Shown: one piece after another, positions 17,507-21,381 of the stretch
Numbering within the stretch: position 1 is the stretch's first letter
Layout: each line of letters starts with the position of its first letter
IMG/VR virus record: IMGVR_UViG_2718217709_000001
Length of the DNA: 21,381 bases
From: a virus
Taxonomy: Duplodnaviria; Heunggongvirae; Uroviricota; Caudoviricetes
Direction: 5' to 3' (one strand)
Program-made: the position numbers and the translations under genes
The notes under the pieces: generated by a model
Databases searched by the model: none
What the model saw: the letters and a program-made list of their open reading frames with translations, nothing else
Told to the model about the DNA's origin: nothing

Positions 17507-18332
17507 GGACCGCCTCCAGACGCTTGGCGAGCCAGCGTTGCGACAGGCGGGTGAGTTCTCCTTTGCGCTGCTCATATTCCATGCCCATATCAATTAACGT
17601 GATATTGGTGCTTTCGAGATATGAGAGGTGCTCAAGCTGTTCTGCGTTCATATGGTCGCGAGGTTCGCCAGAATAGCCATTTATCCGCGCCCACTGCTTA
17701 GCAGTTAGCCCACCAAGAACGATACGAGAAATCATATTGCTCTCGTTTGTGTAGTGGTGTTGCTGCGTCGTTTTCCCCATCTCGGCACGGGCCATATTCA
17801 GCGCATCGCACATTGGCTTGAAGTTGTTTGCGGCACTGATACGGGCTTTTAGCTGGCGACGATAGCGGGCGGCGATTTCAGGCACGCTACGCTGTAATTC
17901 TTTCTCGCACTGGATGAAATAACGGCGGATAGCGCGACCCTGATCATTGCGTTCGATCATTGCCAGTTCTTTCGCCATTCCGACACTTAACAGATAGTCT
18001 TTGCCGGGTCTGCCAGACTGCTTAATCTTGCTGTAAGCCGCGTCATTCGGGCTTTTCCCCAAATTTGGGGAAATTGTTTTATGGACTGAGTAATCGTGCC
18101 CAATGGTGAAGTCATATTCAGAGATGCGATCAGTGATCCATGTAGAGAAGTCTTTTCCCACGCCCAACGCTTTGTGTAACGCTTTTGCGCTAACAATATT
18201 GGTTTCACGCCCGCCTATATGACCAGAAATAACCGGGACAATTGCGGCAAATTCATTACCGTTAATTGTGCCCAGAGAGGCGTTCAGATGAGGGGCGGCC
18301 TCAGAAATTAATCTGCTTTTTTCGATGTTCAT
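17499..18332 (-). CDS. Phage antirepressor-like protein (AntA-type domain)
   Basis: 277-aa ORF; segment DYLLSVGMAKELAMIERNDQGRAIRRYFIQCEKEL matches the AntA/AntB antirepressor signature as recalled; GGAG RBS upstream. Confidence 0.6.
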   Translation of the reverse strand: MNIEKSRLISEAAPHLNASLGTINGNEFAAIVPVISGHIGGRETNIVSAKALHKALGVGKDFSTWITDRISEYDFTIGHDYSVHKTISPNLGKSPNDAAYSKIKQSGRPGKDYLLSVGMAKELAMIERNDQGRAIRRYFIQCEKELQRSVPEIAARYRRQLKARISAANNFKPMCDALNMARAEMGKTTQQHHYTNESNMISRIVLGGLTAKQWARINGYSGEPRDHMNAEQLEHLSYLESTNITLIDMGMEYEQRKGELTRLSQRWLAKRLEAVHV

Positions 18333-18344
18333 TTTTAGTCTCCG

Positions 18345-18776
18345 TTAGGCGGCGTTAAACGCGTCCGGGTAGAGTTTCAGAATGTCGGCAATTTCCTGCT
18401 GAGAAAGTCCGTTGTGATCATTTATGTTCGCAAGATGGTTAACATGAGTGATCACTTTCAGAACATCACCACGGCAGGAGAAACGGTAGCGAAGGTGTGT
18501 TCCGATACCATCAGGATTCTTTTCGTCGATACGCTCCAGAGTGATTCCAAGCTGGCGTTCTAACTCTGTTGCATAGTTACGACCAGAAGACAGACGGCAG
18601 TAGCGAAGAATGTCATTTTCTGTCCATCCCTCTATACCAGTACGCAGCATATAGACTCGGGCACGATGCTTTTTCGGTGTGCGCTTTGGTGCTTGAAGGG
18701 ATTTTGTAAGGGGCGTAATATCAGATACGCGAATATCTGAATTAGCCGCCTGTAATGGGCGGTTTTTCTTTTCCAT
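18345..18776 (-). CDS. Hypothetical protein (143 aa), translationally coupled to alpA
   Basis: Start overlaps the alpA stop by 1 nt; basic N-terminus. Confidence 0.55.
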   Translation of the reverse strand: MEKKNRPLQAANSDIRVSDITPLTKSLQAPKRTPKKHRARVYMLRTGIEGWTENDILRYCRLSSGRNYATELERQLGITLERIDEKNPDGIGTHLRYRFSCRGDVLKVITHVNHLANINDHNGLSQQEIADILKLYPDAFNAA

Positions 18777-18994
18777 CAGGCCACCTTCCCGCGGCGTTCT
18801 GCCAGCCAGTTATTAATTTCCACCGCATCAAACGCAGTCACGTTATCTGTTAGCTTCACTGGGCGTGGAAGAGTGCCATTTTTAACCCATCTATCAATAG
18901 TAGGCAGTGAAACACCTAGCAATTCCGGCATGCGAAAGCGACGGATGTATCCAGTTGTTGGGATAGCTGATGATGCTGGCTTGTGTACTGTCAT
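18776..18994 (-). CDS. alpA: AlpA-family (MerR-like HTH) prophage transcriptional regulator
   Basis: 72-aa ORF; HTH segment LPELLGVSLPTIDRWVKNGTLPRPVKL typical of AlpA-type regulators of P4-like elements; position downstream of int. Confidence 0.7.
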   Translation of the reverse strand: MTVHKPASSAIPTTGYIRRFRMPELLGVSLPTIDRWVKNGTLPRPVKLTDNVTAFDAVEINNWLAERRGKVA

Positions 18995-19465
18995 GTCTCT
19001 AGTAACCTCTCTGATAGCTCATGAAGTTACTTAAAGTTTAGTGGTTGCCCATACAGTATTTCTATTAAGACTAGAATCTATTGAAAGAAATTATAAATCT
19101 ATTGAAAAAATACCGATCCACTGAAAGATTGCAAATGCAGGTGGGATAATTATTTTCTTTATTTTCAATTAGTTACCAGTTTAAAAAATCATTGTTTTAT
19201 CAAAGAGTTATATCTTTCATCGTCATTCATCATGTTTTTACATTTCTTTTTATCTTTTATTATTCAATTGGTTGAGTCGGTTTATAATGGCTCATGATGG
19301 CTTAAAATGGCTAATGATAGCTGGCGTATCTTTTAGAGATGGGGTGATTACAGATGAACTAAGCCGAACAGATATAGCAATGGCTAGGCATAGAATTATC
19401 TATGCTGGTGGAGATGGGTAAACAGGTAATGCCCCGCCATTGCTTTGGAGGGGCGTGAAAAGTGA
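18995..19465. promoter_or_regulatory. AT-rich control region upstream of alpA with phased short repeats (TCTATTGAAA x2 at 21-bp spacing; ATGGCT x3 at exact 10-bp spacing, 19287-19312)
   Basis: Direct reading; 470-bp non-coding gap between orf216 and alpA. Confidence 0.5.
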
Positions 19466-20116
19466 TTAGTCGAGATCGTGGACAGCTAATAAAGCCCGTG
19501 AGATTTTTTCTAGGAATGTGGCTTTTGCTATTCCTTTATGGGATATCCCTTCATCCTTGATTAAGGTTTCTATGTCACGGTATATAGCTGTGCGATTAGG
19601 TTTCCCATTTTGGATGTAGGAAGATGAGCCTGATTTTTTTATCAGCAGATGTACTATCAACCCCATCATTTTCATTGTCCCGTTTTCCTCATCCTGCTTT
19701 CTATGCTGCCCACGTCCGCTGCGGTTGGTTTCTTTGATGTAGTTTACTAACTGGAGTCCTCCAAGGTTTCGGGCTTTTTCTTCCCAGCCCTTGGTGCCAC
19801 GCAAATCATCAATCGCTTCTGATATTTTCTGAACAATTATTTCTGGTGTATTTGTGTCAATAAATGGGTAAGAAGCTAAGAAAATATCAAGGGCATGGCA
19901 AGGCTCATCTTTACTAGTTTTTTCACCTCTGTACACCTTGATAGCTCTGGCAAGATGAGTTCTGACAAAATCGACATATTCGAAATTTTCCTCAGGCACA
20001 TCGCTAATGCGCATAGATGGGTTTAGGCCAGCCAAGGCCACAGCCATTTCATGAGGGGTAATCGATACAGATGAACAAAGCCGTTCGATTGGCGATTTTC
20101 TCAAGATGTTGTTCAC
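19466..20116 (-). CDS. Hypothetical protein (216 aa), low GC, translationally coupled to int
   Basis: ATG overlaps the integrase stop (ATGA); no recognisable motifs. Confidence 0.55.
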   Translation of the reverse strand: MNNILRKSPIERLCSSVSITPHEMAVALAGLNPSMRISDVPEENFEYVDFVRTHLARAIKVYRGEKTSKDEPCHALDIFLASYPFIDTNTPEIIVQKISEAIDDLRGTKGWEEKARNLGGLQLVNYIKETNRSGRGQHRKQDEENGTMKMMGLIVHLLIKKSGSSSYIQNGKPNRTAIYRDIETLIKDEGISHKGIAKATFLEKISRALLAVHDLD

Positions 20117-21381
20117 ATTTGCCTCCGGGCTTTATCGAATGGCGTTACGTTGTAGTCTTTCCCGCTTTCCAGTGCCACCAGCAGATCTGCCCACTGTGCC
20201 AGTGCTGCTTTACGCTCATCAAAATACTGATGACGGTTATAAATCCCCTCTACGCCCTTAATGCGATGATTGAGGCATCGTTCCGCCACGACAGGATCAA
20301 CACCCAATGCTGCTAAATGAGTACGTGCGGTGCGTCGGAAGTCGTGAATCGTGAAATTAGGCACATCCGGCATTTCGGCGCGAACCTTAGCCAGTGCTAC
20401 GGGTAAAGTGCTTTCCTGAATATGTGGGATCATTCTGTTTTGCATCTTCCTGGCCGGAAGCACCCATGCGCTATTACATGAAAAGGTGTGTAGCTCTCTC
20501 AACCATTCAACGGCTGGGGAAGGTAGAGGTATATCAATAGGGTCTCCGTTTTTGCTGCGTTCTTCCGGCAAATGCCATACCGCACCATCTAAATCAAACT
20601 CTTCCCATCGTGCGGCGCATAACTCCATCTTACGAACGCATAGTGCCAGCAATAGCTTAAATGTCAGTTCGTTCTGGCGGCTGAATCCTTTTGCGGTGCG
20701 CATAGCCTCGAATAGCCTGATAAGCTCATCGCGAGTTAGCCAACGGTCGCGGGAAACCTCTTTACCACCAGCATCAGATACTTCAAACGCTGAACAAGGG
20801 TTTATCTCCAGAGCGTGGCGTTTTATCCCATAGTCAAAGATACGGCGTGTCCAGCGTAATACATCTGTTGCTATCGTTGGTGCTCCTCGGTCAACGATAC
20901 CTTTTAACATGTCGTCAATGTGACGTGGCTTAACGTCCTCTACCTTCATATGCCCAATGCAGGGGTTAATATCCTTATCAATTCTCCGGCGAAGGATATC
21001 GGGATGTTTCCATCTCGGAAGTATCTGTCGCTCGAAGTATTCGGCGGCCAGATCTGAAACGCGCATGGCGTTTTTCTCAGCCTCCATTTTTGCCAGTGCT
21101 TCAGCTTTTCGTTCCTGTTTTTCTGCTGCTACGTCATAGCCAAGAGCAACTCTGGCTGACAGCTCTTTTGCTGTTTCTCTGGCTTTTGATAGTGACAGTT
21201 CGGAGTAAGAGCCGATAACCATAGCCCGCTGTTTTCCTGCGAGCTTATATCGGAATCGCCAGAACGGGACTGTGTAGTTTTTGGGGTAGCAAATATAAAG
21301 GCCGTTGCCGTCTGCCTTGCCATCAAATCTGTCTCCCGCCTTTATCCATGCGCGGATCTGCATATCTGTGAGTTTTGGCAT
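20113..21381 (-). CDS. int: P4-family tyrosine integrase (site-specific recombinase)
   Basis: 422-aa ORF; N-terminal arm-binding-type segment (LTDMQIRAWIK...GNGLYI...WRFRYK), catalytic residues (R...HDFRRT...IYNRHQY) near the C-terminus; start codon is the last base of the window. Confidence 0.9.
   Translation of the reverse strand: MPKLTDMQIRAWIKAGDRFDGKADGNGLYICYPKNYTVPFWRFRYKLAGKQRAMVIGSYSELSLSKARETAKELSARVALGYDVAAEKQERKAEALAKMEAEKNAMRVSDLAAEYFERQILPRWKHPDILRRRIDKDINPCIGHMKVEDVKPRHIDDMLKGIVDRGAPTIATDVLRWTRRIFDYGIKRHALEINPCSAFEVSDAGGKEVSRDRWLTRDELIRLFEAMRTAKGFSRQNELTFKLLLALCVRKMELCAARWEEFDLDGAVWHLPEERSKNGDPIDIPLPSPAVEWLRELHTFSCNSAWVLPARKMQNRMIPHIQESTLPVALAKVRAEMPDVPNFTIHDFRRTARTHLAALGVDPVVAERCLNHRIKGVEGIYNRHQYFDERKAALAQWADLLVALESGKDYNVTPFDKARRQM

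Noticed and set aside
11505-21381. Calling the element phage P4 itself or a complete prophage
   Set aside because: No sid/delta/psu-like genes, and no terminase, portal, capsid, tail or lysis genes recognised; only the int/alpA/primase module is P4-like.

Overview
This window looks like an E. coli-type chromosomal region. At the left edge sits the SOS gene dinD with its LexA box; the remaining ~20 kb is an integrative island that ends in a P4-family tyrosine integrase whose start codon is the last base of the window. The island core is phage-satellite-like (P4-like/PICI-like): int, orf216, an AT-rich control region, alpA, orf143, an AntA-type antirepressor-like gene, a run of small translationally coupled genes, a P4 alpha-type zinc-ribbon primase/helicase, then iteron-like repeats flanking orf76/orf245. 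No capsid, tail or lysis genes were recognised, and none of P4 sid/delta/psu. Distal to the core is a lower-GC cargo region. Its main feature is a three-gene operon: a small RHH protein, a ~450-aa protein and a 705-aa protein, both low-complexity and helical with no catalytic motif I can recognise. The last gene is cleanly split by an IS629-type (IS3 family) element that itself carries a group II intron in its transposase. Further left are a multi-pass membrane protein, a small membrane-anchored protein, an RHH-like regulator and a PerC-family regulator, with several sets of phased short repeats in their control regions. The cargo operon is the best candidate for a previously undescribed system, possibly anti-phage, but no function can be assigned from sequence alone. 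All family assignments are from reading the translations by eye; no database search was run.
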